DNA of 64,000 nucleotides, from NCBI GenBank assembly GCA_963813155.1, contig CAWEYG010000003.1, forward strand, positions 982,372-1,046,371, written 5' to 3'. Position 1 is the stretch's first letter. Each line of letters opens with the position of its first letter. Source of the DNA: an uncultured Acidobacteriota bacterium. Its GTDB lineage: Bacteria > Acidobacteriota > Thermoanaerobaculia > UBA5066 > DATFVB01. Shown one piece after another: positions 30,442 through 40,599 of this stretch. The notes beneath the pieces are model-generated. The model ran no database searches. It saw only the letters and a program-made list of their open reading frames with translations, and had not been told where the DNA came from. The position numbers were made by a program, and so were the translations under genes.

Positions 30442-30934
30442 TCATTCCGGTCTCGCCGCGTTCAAGCGTTTGGTCACGTCGCGGAACGGCTTGACGCTCT
30501 GGGGATCGTTGACGTTCTGCCGGAGCGTGAGCTCGTTGGCTCTCACGTCGAGCACTTCGCCATCAAACAACAGGTCACCTTTTCGAAGCAGGTAGCTTCG
30601 ATTGTCGGAGCCGCGCACCTGCGCGATCCAGCCGGATCGGGTCTTCCAGAGCCCCTGGAGCTCCAGCTCGTCGACGGACAGGCCCGGGATGCCCGGCGGC
30701 CGCTCGCCTTCCCGCGAACGCTCCCGCACGAGGAGCGACTTGAAAGGGTCGCGCCGGCCGGCGGGCTCGTAAACGTACGCGCGGCTCTCGTCGTCTTCGG
30801 GCGGAGGAGGGGCGGGCAGCGCGGCCGCAGGCGCCGGTTTCGGAGGCGCGGGCGCGGAGCGGCGGCGCCGCGAACACCGCCGCGGAGGCGGCCAGGACGG
30901 CAAGCACGATTCGAGAATCGCGGAAGATCTTCAT
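30442..30934 (-). CDS. pilP: Type IV pilus assembly protein PilP (frameshifted)
   Basis: YEPAGRRDPFKSL, ELELQGLW, position between pilO and pilQ. Confidence 0.85.
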
Positions 30935-31599
30935 TCCAGTTTCTCCCCACCCTTGGCCGGCGGCGGCCGGGGGGTGATCCCGAGGAGGCCCGACGGGGCC
31001 GCCCGCGCCTCGCTTCGGCTGATCCGCGGGGTTTTCGCCGATGTAGATGAACGTTTTCGCGACGAAGGTCGCGCCGATCGTCTTTCCCGGAGCGTCGATT
31101 CCGTGGACTCGAAGATCCTCGACGTTGATGATCCGCGAGAAATTGCTCATCCGACTGAAGAAGAGGGCCAGGTTGTGGTACGTGCCGTTGAGCGAGATGT
31201 TGAACGGGTACTCCTTGTAGAAGTCCCGCGGAATCGGCTCATTCGTCCGGAAGTTCAGCAGCGTGAAATCGCCCTGGTGGACGAGGGCTTCCACCTTCTT
31301 GATCAGGTCTTCGGTGTCGCGCTCGGGCGGAAGGACCTGCAGCAGCTTCTGAAGCTCCAGCTCCAGCTTTTTCACTTCTTCCCGGAACTGGGAGAGCTTT
31401 CGTTCGGCGGCGCGGCCCTTCTCGATTTCGGCCGTGAGCGACGTGAGTTGAGCCTTGGCGCGCCTCGATGTCCTTGCGTTTTTGCTGAAAATTCGGATAG
31501 CCGTACTCGGCGGCGAGCGACAGGATCACGCGCGAGCGCGAGGCCCCAGGCCGCCGCGACCCACCAGGCCTTGTCTTCGAATTTCAGCTCGATTGCCAT
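30931..31599 (-). CDS. pilO: Type IV pilus assembly protein PilO (frameshifted)
   Basis: LPPERDTEDL, FYKEYPF..GTYHNLALFF...RIINV. Confidence 0.85.
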
Positions 31600-31609
31600 G
31601 TCCGCCTCG

Positions 31610-32252
31610 TCACGCCGCCGGCCTGGCCGCGCCGGGGGGCGCGGTCGTGGTTGTGGTGGTCGTCGTGGTCGTGGTCGCCGGCGGCAGCCACGGGCGTCAC
31701 GTACGTGAACGTCACCGAAAGCCCGAAGTTGTAGATGGGCCCTTCCTGGTTGAGGCTGTCGAAGGTCGGTTCGGCGAAGTAGGAGCTCTTCTTGAGATTT
31801 TCGATGAAGTTGGCCACGGCGTTGGGCGTCATGGCCTTGCCCCTCAGGCTGATCGTGTTGCCGATGAGATTCATCTCGTTGAGCCACACGAGATCGGGCA
31901 GCGCCCGGGAGACCTCGTCCATCAGCCGGACGGGCCCTCGCTGATTCCTCTTCAGATCGTTGATCAGCGCGATCTTCTTCTCGAGATCGGCTTTCTTTTT
32001 CTCGTATCCGTTCACTTCGTCGATGATCGACTTGAGGCGATCGACCTCGGCCTGCGCCTTGCGGATCTTGTCGTCGAGATCGCCCTTCACGCTGCTGAGG
32101 TGCCACCACATTCCGCCGACATAGAGCGCGCCGAGAAGAAAGCAGCCCGCGAAAATGAGATTGTTCACCCGGCCGGTCGACATTGCCGTCGGAGCCGCAG
32201 CTTTCTTGGCGGCGGTCGTGCGCCCCTCGGAGACCAGATTGATCTTGATCAA
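31610..32252 (-). CDS. pilN: Type IV pilus assembly protein PilN
   Basis: IKINL start, TM, coiled coil, LMDEVSRALPDLVWL, ANFIENL. Confidence 0.88.
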
Positions 32253-32256
32253 ACGG

Positions 32257-33309
32257 TCACCCTCCGACCTGCCGGGAGGCAAGGCCGACCGCGATCGCGA
32301 GCCGCGGAGCCTGGTCCGAAAGCCACTCCTCGGACACTCCGCTTCCCGACGTTTGGATCTGCCGGAAGGGGTTCATGATCTCGACGGGAATCCCGAACCG
32401 ATCCTTCAACTGAGAATCGAGATTGATGACGCGAGCGGATCCCCCGGACAGAACGATCTCGTCGATTTTTTCCGTGGCCGTCGTGGCCGTGAAGAAATCG
32501 AAGGTCTTCTGGAGCTCCTGGGCGAGGTCCTGCGATACCGACTGGAGGATCGGCAGCGTCGTGGCCAGCGTGTGCTCGCCCACTTTTTCGCCGCGCTTGA
32601 GGGCCTCCGCCTGCTCGAAGCTCAGGTTGTATTCCTTCTGCAGCGCGTCGGTGTACTGGTTGCCGCCGAAGGAAATATCGCGCCAGAAGATCGAATTCGT
32701 GCCGGAAAGCACGTTGACGTTCGTGACCGAAGCTCCGATGTTGACGAGCGCAACGACCCGTCCCGGGGTCAGCGGATAGTTGATCTCGTAGGCGTTCTGG
32801 ACCGCGAATGCGTCCACGTCGACGAGCGCCGCGGTCTTGCCCGCCTGCGAGATCACGCCCGTGTACTCGGCGATCTTGTCCTTCTTGACGGCGACCAGGA
32901 GCACGTCCATGCCGTCCCCCGAGCCCCCCTCGAGAACGACGTAGTCGAGATTCACGTCGTTGATGTCGAACGGAACGTACTGCTCCGCCTCCCAGCGAAT
33001 CGACTCGGCCAATTCCGACTCGGTCATCCGCGGCAGGTTGATTTTCTTGATGATGACGGAGTGTCCCGACAAGGAAGTCCCGTAGTTGTCGTTCTTGACG
33101 TTGAGCACCGCATCGAGCCGGTTGATCGCTTCGACGACGAGCGAGGAGTCCATGATCGCCCCGTCGACGATGGCTTCCGGCGAAAGGGTCTCGACGCCGG
33201 CAGAAACCAGCTTGAAGCTTCCCGCCTTGGCCTGTTTGAGCTCCACCAGTTTGACTCCGGAGCTGCCAATGTCGAGGCCTACGAGGTTCTTAGATTTGCC
33301 GAACAGCAC
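32257..33309 (-). CDS. pilM: Type IV pilus assembly protein PilM (actin-like)
   Basis: GLDIGSSGVKLVEL, EAEQYVPF, NIGAS, LSGGSA, AVGLA. Confidence 0.95.
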   Translation of the reverse strand: MLFGKSKNLVGLDIGSSGVKLVELKQAKAGSFKLVSAGVETLSPEAIVDGAIMDSSLVVEAINRLDAVLNVKNDNYGTSLSGHSVIIKKINLPRMTESELAESIRWEAEQYVPFDINDVNLDYVVLEGGSGDGMDVLLVAVKKDKIAEYTGVISQAGKTAALVDVDAFAVQNAYEINYPLTPGRVVALVNIGASVTNVNVLSGTNSIFWRDISFGGNQYTDALQKEYNLSFEQAEALKRGEKVGEHTLATTLPILQSVSQDLAQELQKTFDFFTATTATEKIDEIVLSGGSARVINLDSQLKDRFGIPVEIMNPFRQIQTSGSGVSEEWLSDQAPRLAIAVGLASRQVGG

Positions 33310-33373
33310 TATGCCTCACCTACTCCTCGAACCGGTTTAGGGGGTTAGCGATGGACTACTAGCAACTGGTGCC

Positions 33374-33402
33374 AAAATAGCAGAAGGCTAAACGACTGTC
33401 AA
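33374..33402 (-). promoter_or_regulatory. Sigma70-type promoter of pilMNOPQ
   Basis: TTGACA-17 nt-TATTTT. Confidence 0.65.
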
Positions 33403-33495
33403 GACAAAAGATTCTGTCCCAGCACGAGTTAGCCCCTCTTCCGGCCGTCCGGAAAGCGTGTTAGGATGGAGTTTTCCGGCAAGTGAGGAGACACA

Positions 33496-33705
33496 ATGCC
33501 TAGGGGATGTGATTACTGTGGAAAAGCCGCGGTTTCAGGAAACCGCGTGAGTCACGCGAACAACGTCACGAAGCGGACGTGGCAACCGAACCTGAAGAGC
33601 GTTCGCGCCGTGTTCGACGGGGCGGCGAAGCACGTGCACGTGTGCACGCGCTGCCTGCGATCGGGCAAGGTCGTCAAGCCGACCGTCCGCGCCGCCAAAG
33701 CCTAG
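33496..33705 (+). CDS. rpmB: 50S ribosomal protein L28 (zinc-binding type)
   Basis: [32 protein letters not shown]; GAGGAG RBS. Confidence 0.97.
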   Translation: MPRGCDYCGKAAVSGNRVSHANNVTKRTWQPNLKSVRAVFDGAAKHVHVCTRCLRSGKVVKPTVRAAKA

Positions 33706-34090
33706 AGCTCGCTCGGCTCGGCCGCTGACGCAGCGCCGGCGGCAAATCGGGCTCGTTCGGGAATCGCAACTCGCGGCATCGCCAGTGCGCTCCTCGGGCT
33801 CGCGTTCCCGGAAGATCTCGTGCATCCACGGTCGAGCTGAAAGAACTGCACGCTCACGACGAAGGCCGAGTCCCTCCTCGCGCCAGCCGCCGCCGTGCGA
33901 AGGCCGGAGGTGTCGCATGGGGCATGGGGCTTCGCCTCGAGCGAAGGCCCGAGAGCGACGAGGCCAACGACGCCGGGGAGGCCGGTCTCGTGAGATCCCG
34001 AGGGCAAAGCGATCTCGCGGCCGAGGGTCCGAAGAGCGAGTTGCCGAGCCGGCGACTGGGGCTAGGCCGCGACTCGGCCGAGCGAAGCCC
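33706..34090. repeat. ~385-nt rod-like fold-back intergenic element (full copy; REPIN/MITE-like or structured RNA)
   Basis: Nested complementarity between arms and homology to 7451-7515, 17197-17370 and 40445-40590. Confidence 0.75.
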
Positions 34091-36283
34091 TCAGGCGGGC
34101 GTCGCGTCGCCGGCCGCCGCCGTCTGAAACTGCCTCCGGACCTGCAGGACCCCCGCGACGGCGCGGAGGCGCTTGAGGATCCTCTCCAGGTGCTTCACGT
34201 CCTCGATCTCGACCTCGACGAGGACTTCGCCCCTCCGGCCGGCGTCGCTTCGGGCCTCGATCCGCCGAATGTTGCTCTTTTCCTCCGCAATCACCTGCGT
34301 GAGGTCGGCGAGCAGACCCGGGCGGTCCTCCGTAGCGATCTTGAGCTCCGCCGGGAACCGGCCGGTGGATTTTTTCCCTGACCAGTGGACCTGAATCTGT
34401 CGCTCGGGGTCGTACAGAAGGCTCGTCACGTTCGGGCAGCTTGCGGCGTGCACGGAAACTCCCCTTCCGCGGGTCACGTATCCGACGATCGCCTCGCCCG
34501 GAAGGGGGTTGCAGCATTTCGCCAGGGAGGCCAGGAGATCGTCGTAACCGACCACTTCGACCGTCGGGGAGCCGAATGGCAGGATCTTTCGGGCGGCGCG
34601 CTCGAGGACGGATTCCGGCTCGGGCGCCGAAACGCGGTCGATCTCCTCGCGCGGCACCAGCTTTTCGACGATGCTCCGCGGGACGATCTTCCCGAAGCCC
34701 AGCGCGGCGTACAGGTCCTCGATCTTGGAGAGGCCCAGGTCCGGAAGGAGATCGGCGAGCGCGCCGTCGGATTCCAGTTTCTTGACCGAACGGCGGAACC
34801 GCTTGAATTCTTTTTCGAGCAGCTTGCGGCCGATCTCGATCGACTTTTCCTTCTCCTGCGCGTGAATGAAGTGCCGGATCTTGTTCTTCGCGCGGGACGT
34901 CACGGCGAACGAGAGCCAGTCGCGCGACGGCTTCGCCGCCGGGGACGTCAGGATCTCGACCCAGTCTCCGTTCTGCAGCAGCGTTTTCAGGGGAACGAGC
35001 TTCCCGTTGACCCGCGAGCCGATGCAGTGCGCGCCGACGTCGCTGTGGACGCGATAGGCGAAATCCACCGGGGTGGCGCCGCGGGGAAACGCGAAGACCT
35101 TGCCCTTCGGAGTGAACGTGTAGACCTCGTCCGGGTAGAGATCGACTTTCAGAGCGTCGAGGAACTGCCGCGGGTCGGTCACCTCCGTGCGAAGATCGGC
35201 CAGGCGCCGCAGCCAGTCGAACCGCGCGTCGTCCGGGGAAGCGTCGAGCCGGCCCTCTTTGTAGCGCCAGTGCGCCGCGATCCCCCTCTCCGCCACGAGG
35301 TCCATTTCGTGGGTCCGGACCTGCACCTCGAACGGCGTCCCTTTCTCTCCCATGACGGTGGTGTGGAGCGACTGATAGAAGTTCGGCTTCGGCATCGCGA
35401 TGTAGTCCTTGAATCGCCCCGGCACGGGCCGCCAGATCTGGTGGATGAGCCCGAGGATCGCGTAGCAGTCCTTGACCTCCCGGCAGACGATGCGGAACGC
35501 GAGGATGTCGTACAGCTGCGCGATCTCGATCTCCTGGCGCCGCATCTTCAGCCAGATGGAGTAGAGCCGCTTCACGCGTCCCCGCACCTGGTTCTCGATG
35601 CCCGCGGCCGACAGGGCCGACTCGATTCGATGCTGCACGTCTTCCACGAGACGGCGCGAGTTCTTCAGCCGCGCTTCGACCGCCTCGGAGATCTGCTCGT
35701 ATTGAACCGGCTCGAGCGCGTGAAACGCCAGATCTTCGAGCTGCCCCTTGATCGACCCGATCCCGAGCCGGTTCGCGATCGGGGCGTAGATCTCGAGGGT
35801 CTCGCGCGAAACCTCCTCGCGCTTCTCGGGCGAGAGGTATTCGAGGGTTCGCATGTTGTGCAGGCGGTCCGCGAGCTTGACGAGGATGACCCGGAGGTCC
35901 GAGGCCATTCCCAGAATCATCTTGAGGAACGTCTCGGCCTGTTCCTGCTCGCGGGAATGAAACGTGAACTTGCCGATCTTCGTGACGCCGTCGACGAGCT
36001 CCGCGACCTCGGTTCCGAAGTGCCGGGCCAGGTCTTCTTTCGTGACGCCCGTGTCCTCGAGGATGTCGTGCAGAAGCCCGACGACGATCGAAACGTCGTC
36101 GGCCCGCATGTCGGCCAGGATGCCCGCGGTGTTCAGAGGGTGGATGAGATACGGCTCGCCGGAGCGCCGGGTCTGGCCGTGGTGCTCCTTGGCGGAAAAG
36201 ACGTAGGCCTTCCGCAGGAGCGTCTCGTCGCTGCCGGGGTTGTAGGCCTGCACCTTCTCGAGGATTTCCTCGAAGCGGATCAC
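34091..36283 (-). CDS. relA: Bifunctional (p)ppGpp synthetase/hydrolase (long RSH, Rel/SpoT)
   Basis: HD domain (HP...LLHD, KLADRLHNMRT), YQSLHT synthetase, TGS (TPVDFAY), ZFD CC, ACT domain. Confidence 0.96.
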   Translation of the reverse strand: MIRFEEILEKVQAYNPGSDETLLRKAYVFSAKEHHGQTRRSGEPYLIHPLNTAGILADMRADDVSIVVGLLHDILEDTGVTKEDLARHFGTEVAELVDGVTKIGKFTFHSREQEQAETFLKMILGMASDLRVILVKLADRLHNMRTLEYLSPEKREEVSRETLEIYAPIANRLGIGSIKGQLEDLAFHALEPVQYEQISEAVEARLKNSRRLVEDVQHRIESALSAAGIENQVRGRVKRLYSIWLKMRRQEIEIAQLYDILAFRIVCREVKDCYAILGLIHQIWRPVPGRFKDYIAMPKPNFYQSLHTTVMGEKGTPFEVQVRTHEMDLVAERGIAAHWRYKEGRLDASPDDARFDWLRRLADLRTEVTDPRQFLDALKVDLYPDEVYTFTPKGKVFAFPRGATPVDFAYRVHSDVGAHCIGSRVNGKLVPLKTLLQNGDWVEILTSPAAKPSRDWLSFAVTSRAKNKIRHFIHAQEKEKSIEIGRKLLEKEFKRFRRSVKKLESDGALADLLPDLGLSKIEDLYAALGFGKIVPRSIVEKLVPREEIDRVSAPEPESVLERAARKILPFGSPTVEVVGYDDLLASLAKCCNPLPGEAIVGYVTRGRGVSVHAASCPNVTSLLYDPERQIQVHWSGKKSTGRFPAELKIATEDRPGLLADLTQVIAEEKSNIRRIEARSDAGRRGEVLVEVEIEDVKHLERILKRLRAVAGVLQVRRQFQTAAAGDATPA

Positions 36284-36292
36284 CCCGCTATT

Positions 36293-37516
36293 CTACGAGG
36301 ATCCCGCGGCCGAAAGCGCGCTCTTTGCCGCGCCGAGGCCCGCCGCCCTGCCGGTCACCCACGCCCACAGAAAATTGTGCCCGCCGATCGGCCCGAACGC
36401 GTCGAGGATCTCCCCGCAGAAAAACAGGCCGGAGACCCTTCGGCTCTGGAGCGTCGCGGGATGGACTTCGTCGAGCGCGACGCCTCCTCCCGTCACCTCG
36501 GCCCGCGAATAGCCCTCGTGGCCGGAGACGGGAAGGCGCATGCGGGTGAGGCTCTCCCCGAGGCGCGCGCGCGCCTCGCGGGAGAGGTGCGAGACCGTCA
36601 GCGGGCGCCGGGCCCCGGCCGTCCGGGCCACGAGATCTGCAAGGCGGTCGGGCAAGAATTTCGCGATCACCCCGGCGACCATCGCGTTCCCGGGGGCGTC
36701 GCGAAGGCGGCGGTCCCAGTCGGAAGCCGACGCCGCCGTCCAGGCAACGCGGGCCGCCCGCCCGGGGTCCCGAACGAGGAGGTGGGAGATGTCCAGCACC
36801 GAAGGGCCGGAATAGCCGAAATGGGTGAACAGAAAGCCGCCCGAAGCGGAGGCGGCTCGCGCCGAGCCGCTCCCCTCGACGGAGATCGTCACCGGAAGCG
36901 AGACGCCCGCGAGCGCGAGATGATCCGCTTCGGCGGTCCGCAGAGGAGTCAGCGCGGGGTACGGATCGACGAGCCGGTGCCCGAGCCGCCGGGCCACATC
37001 GAGACCCGCTCCGTCGGAACCGGTCCGGGGAATCGAGAGACCGCCCGTGGCCAGGACCACCGCGCCGCCCGTGAAACTTCTGCCGTCCTGCGCCACGGCG
37101 GAAAGGACGCCCGAAGAAGATCTCGAAACTTCGACGACGCGGGCTTCCCGGACCAGCTCGACCCCCGCCTTGCCCGCTTCCCGGAGGAGAGCGTTCCGGA
37201 CGTCCCGCGCCCGCTGGGAGGCGGGGAACAGCTTCCCGGTCTCCTCCTCGAGGACGAGCGGGACCCCGAGCTCCTCCGAAAAGAATCGCGCGACCGCTTC
37301 GAGTCGCCAGGACTTCAACAGATTCGACGCCAGGCGAGGCGTCTCCGAGACGAAGAGCTCGGGCGAGAACCGGGAAGGAAGGAGGTTGCAGCGGCCGCCC
37401 CCGGAGATCAGGATTTTCTGCCCGGGATTGTCCGTGGATTCCAAGAGCGCGACCCGGGCGCCCGCGCGGCGGGCAAAAAGGGAGGCCGCGAGGCCGGCGG
37501 CCCCGGCCCCGACCAC
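36293..37516 (-). CDS. HI0933/BaiN-family flavoprotein oxidoreductase (start uncertain)
   Basis: GAGAAG, KILISGGGRCN, ATGG.S.P.TGSDG, LFTHFGYSGP, VTGGGV, GEILD..G.IGG.N. Confidence 0.92.
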   Translation of the reverse strand: MVGAGAAGLAASLFARRAGARVALLESTDNPGQKILISGGGRCNLLPSRFSPELFVSETPRLASNLLKSWRLEAVARFFSEELGVPLVLEEETGKLFPASQRARDVRNALLREAGKAGVELVREARVVEVSRSSSGVLSAVAQDGRSFTGGAVVLATGGLSIPRTGSDGAGLDVARRLGHRLVDPYPALTPLRTAEADHLALAGVSLPVTISVEGSGSARAASASGGFLFTHFGYSGPSVLDISHLLVRDPGRAARVAWTAASASDWDRRLRDAPGNAMVAGVIAKFLPDRLADLVARTAGARRPLTVSHLSREARARLGESLTRMRLPVSGHEGYSRAEVTGGGVALDEVHPATLQSRRVSGLFFCGEILDAFGPIGGHNFLWAWVTGRAAGLGAAKSALSAAGSS

Positions 37517-37524
37517 GAGAACGT

Positions 37525-38736
37525 CTATCTCTTGCCGGACTTTCCCGCCTTCGGAGAAGCTTTCGCGGCCGCGGTCGCGGGCCGCCGCTTGTTCTGAAGG
37601 TCGTTCCAGATCACGACGATGGGCGCCGCGACATAGATCGACGAGTAGGTGCCGACGATGATGCCGATGACGAGCGTGAGGGCGAACGTGTTCAGGACCT
37701 CGCCGCCAAGGAAGAACAGCGCCACGACGACGAGGAACGTGAGGCCGGAGCTCATCACCGTTCGCGAGAGCGTCTGGTTGATCGAATCGTTGATCACCTT
37801 CGGAAGCGGGTCGCGGCGGTTGTTCTTCAGGTTCTCGCGAATCCGGTCGTACACGACGACCGTGTCGTTCATCGAGTAGCCGACCAGGGTCAGCAAGGCG
37901 GCCACGACGACGAGAGTGATCTCGCGGTTGAAGATCGAGAGCAGCCCGATCGTGATGAGCGTGTCGTGAATGATGGCGACGATTGCTCCAACGCCGAACT
38001 TCACGTCGAACCGGAACCAGATGTAAAAGAGCATCGCGAACGTCGACAGGAAGACCGCCCAGAGCGCCTTCGTTCGAAGGTCTTTTCCGACCTGCGGTCC
38101 GACGTTGTCAGCCGACAGCACCGTGAACGGGCCGATGACCGCGTTCTGCTGGAGCCAGGCCTTCACGGCGGGCGAGACGCCGGGAATCGCGTCGAAATCC
38201 GCCGGCGACCGGAAGAGCCCGATCTGCGAGCGGTACGCGACGATCGCGTCGCCGACCGACGCGTAGTGCTGGGCCGCCGCGTTGCCGAGCCGGCCGGCGA
38301 CGTTGTCCGGGTCCGTCGGCGCGATCGACAGCGCGAGCGTGTCGTGGCCTTTCGCGTTGACGTCGATCTTCTTCGGGTCCACGGCCGTCCCGAGCGCGCT
38401 CGAGAGCGCGGCGAAAACCTCCTGCGAGACATCGCGGCCCTCGCGAGCCTGCTGCTTGACCTTGATCAGGACTTCGCCTTTGGCAGGATCGTCGTAGCGC
38501 TGAACGCCTTCCAGGCCGAGGTTGAGCGGTTTCAGGATCGATTCGAGCTTCGCCGGATCCGGACGGGTCGCGAACTTCAGCACGATCTGCGTCCCGCCCG
38601 AGAAATCGATTCCGAACCGCAGCCCGCCGCGAACGGCGATCGAGATGAACCCGAGCACGATCAGCGCCCAGGAAACTCCGATGCAGATCCATTTAACCCG
38701 GAGAAAATCGATCTTGGTGTCTCTGAACAGTTCCAT
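37525..38736 (-). CDS. secF: Protein translocase subunit SecF
   Basis: GIDFSGG, VGPQVGKDL, GYSMNDTVVVYDRIRE, TLSRT, GTYSSIYVA. Confidence 0.95.
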   Translation of the reverse strand: MELFRDTKIDFLRVKWICIGVSWALIVLGFISIAVRGGLRFGIDFSGGTQIVLKFATRPDPAKLESILKPLNLGLEGVQRYDDPAKGEVLIKVKQQAREGRDVSQEVFAALSSALGTAVDPKKIDVNAKGHDTLALSIAPTDPDNVAGRLGNAAAQHYASVGDAIVAYRSQIGLFRSPADFDAIPGVSPAVKAWLQQNAVIGPFTVLSADNVGPQVGKDLRTKALWAVFLSTFAMLFYIWFRFDVKFGVGAIVAIIHDTLITIGLLSIFNREITLVVVAALLTLVGYSMNDTVVVYDRIRENLKNNRRDPLPKVINDSINQTLSRTVMSSGLTFLVVVALFFLGGEVLNTFALTLVIGIIVGTYSSIYVAAPIVVIWNDLQNKRRPATAAAKASPKAGKSGKR

Positions 38737-38744
38737 CGGCCGTC

Positions 38745-40361
38745 CTAAATCGAAACGCTCTCGACGCGTTGCCGAGAGCCGTATTCCAGCATGAAGATCG
38801 TCTTGGAAACGTAGACCGCCGTGAACATCGACGCCGCGAGGCCGACGATCAGCGTCACGGCGAAACCCTTCACCGGGCCCGTGCCGAACTGGAAGAGAAA
38901 GAGGGCCGAGACGACGGTCGTAACGTGCGTGTCGACGATCGTGAGGAACGCCTTCGAGAAGCCGTTCTCGATCGCCGTCTTCGGCGTCTTCCCCTCGCGG
39001 AGCTCCTCGCGAATCCGCTCGAAGATCAGGACGTTCGAGTCGACCGCCATGCCGATCGTCAGGATGAAGCCCGCGATCCCGGGCAGCGTGAGCGTGGCCC
39101 CGAACTGGGCGAGCACCCCGAGCAGGATGATCGCGTTCAGGATGAGGGCGAGCACGGCGTTGAAGCCCGAACGGCGGTAATAGATCACCATCGCCAGAAA
39201 CACGAGCAGGGCGCCGAGGACCGCGGCGGTGATGCCCTTGCGAATCGAATCGAGCCCCAGCGACGGGCCGACCGTCCGCTCTTCGAGGTAGACGAGGCCC
39301 GCCGGAAGCGCGCCCGAACGGAGGATGAGCGCGAGATCGTTCGCGTGCTCGGGCGTGAAGTTCCCGGTGATGATGCCCGAATCGCTGATCCGCCCGTGGA
39401 TGTTCGGAGCGGACTGCACGCGATTGTCGAGCACGATCGCGAGCCCCTTGCCGATGTTCGCGCCCGTGAATTTCCCGAACTTGTCCGCGCTGTCGGCCTT
39501 GAGTGTGAACGAGACCGACGGGCGGTTCTGCTCGTCCTGCGACGGCCTCGCGTTCTTGATGTCGCGTCCCGTGACGGCCGCCGCTTTCTGGAGAAGGTAG
39601 TAGATCTTCGACGACGTCGGGTCCTGCTCGGTCGCGTTGCCCTCGACGATTTCGGCGTCGGGCGGCATTTGTCCGCCGGTCGCCGCCAGCAGCGCCGTCC
39701 GGTCGGAATTGGGGCCGGCGAGGACGAGCTTCAGCTCGAGAAACGCCGTCGACTTGATGATGTCCTTCACGCGCTTGGGGTCGTCGACTCCCGGGAGCTG
39801 GACGACGATCCTTTCGTTTCCTTCGCGGGCGATGACCGGCTCGGAAACTCCGAACTGGTCGATGCGGTTGCGAATCGTCTCGACCGCCTGCTGGACCGCC
39901 TCGTCGGAGAGGGTTTTCCGCGCGGGCGCGCCGAGCGAGAACGTCCAGGTCGTCCCGAGGCGTCGGTACTCCCACGTGGGGAGATAGCGCTTCGCGGCCT
40001 CCTGGAGCTTGTCCAGATCCGTGTCGGCCGCGACCGTCACGTTGAACGACGACGGCCCGGCCGCCGTGATTGCTCCGAGTTTCAGCTGTTGAGCGGAATT
40101 CTGCTCCCCGAGACGCGCGATCGCCTCGTCGGTCTCGATCTTCAGCGCATCGGACGTCTGCACCTGCAGGACGAGGTGGATGCCTCCCCGAAGGTCGAGC
40201 CCGAGCTTGATTCCGTTCCGGAGATAGTCCTTCAACCCGGGCGTCGTCTCGCCCGTGACGTCGTTTTTCACGCGCGCCATCCCGCTCGCGACGTACGCGC
40301 CGACCGAGGCGACGAGCACGGCGAGAATGAGAGCGACGCGACCCCAGACTTTTTGAGCCAC
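38745..40361 (-). CDS. secD: Protein translocase subunit SecD
   Basis: LGLDLRGG, RIDQFGVSEP, LRSGALP, VGPSLG, GMAVDSNVLIFERIREE. Confidence 0.96.
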   Translation of the reverse strand: MAQKVWGRVALILAVLVASVGAYVASGMARVKNDVTGETTPGLKDYLRNGIKLGLDLRGGIHLVLQVQTSDALKIETDEAIARLGEQNSAQQLKLGAITAAGPSSFNVTVAADTDLDKLQEAAKRYLPTWEYRRLGTTWTFSLGAPARKTLSDEAVQQAVETIRNRIDQFGVSEPVIAREGNERIVVQLPGVDDPKRVKDIIKSTAFLELKLVLAGPNSDRTALLAATGGQMPPDAEIVEGNATEQDPTSSKIYYLLQKAAAVTGRDIKNARPSQDEQNRPSVSFTLKADSADKFGKFTGANIGKGLAIVLDNRVQSAPNIHGRISDSGIITGNFTPEHANDLALILRSGALPAGLVYLEERTVGPSLGLDSIRKGITAAVLGALLVFLAMVIYYRRSGFNAVLALILNAIILLGVLAQFGATLTLPGIAGFILTIGMAVDSNVLIFERIREELREGKTPKTAIENGFSKAFLTIVDTHVTTVVSALFLFQFGTGPVKGFAVTLIVGLAASMFTAVYVSKTIFMLEYGSRQRVESVSI

Positions 40362-40399
40362 GATTCAAAACCTCCCGGCAATTACCGCGAAACCGACGG

Positions 40400-40428
40400 A
40401 GTGTATCGGGGCGTGGGGCGCGAGTCAA
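40400..40428 (-). promoter_or_regulatory. Sigma70-type promoter upstream of secD
   Basis: TTGACT-17 nt-TACACT. Confidence 0.65.
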
Positions 40429-40444
40429 CCAAAACTCCGGATCA

Positions 40445-40590
40445 GCTTCGCTCGTTCCGCTCGGGCTTGGCACCAGCGCCCGCTCGGCAAGTCTTCTCGA
40501 CCCTCGGCCGCAGTTCGCTTTCCCTCGGGATCTCGAAGACCAGCCTGCGCCGGCGCATCGGCCCCAGCCTTCGCGGAACTTCGCTCAGGG
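40445..40590 (-). repeat. Partial copy (3' arm) of the fold-back element between yajC and secD
   Basis: rc GAGATCCCGAGGGAAAGCGAACTGCGGCCGAGGGTCGAGAAGACTTGCCGAGCGGGCG...CGAGCGAAGC aligns to 33992-34088. Confidence 0.75.
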
Positions 40591-40599
40591 GCGGGGTGG

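Noticed and set aside
23585-32282. Many frameshifts in pil and adhesin genes as pseudogenisation or programmed frameshifting
   Set aside because: Similar indels hit mutM, the MFS, the S53 peptidase and others in both segments; consistent with long-read error, especially 24100-24660
33361-33374. Sigma54 promoter for pilM (TGGCAC-CAG-TTGCT)
   Set aside because: GG-GC spacing is 2 nt too short; a correctly spaced sigma70 promoter adjoins it
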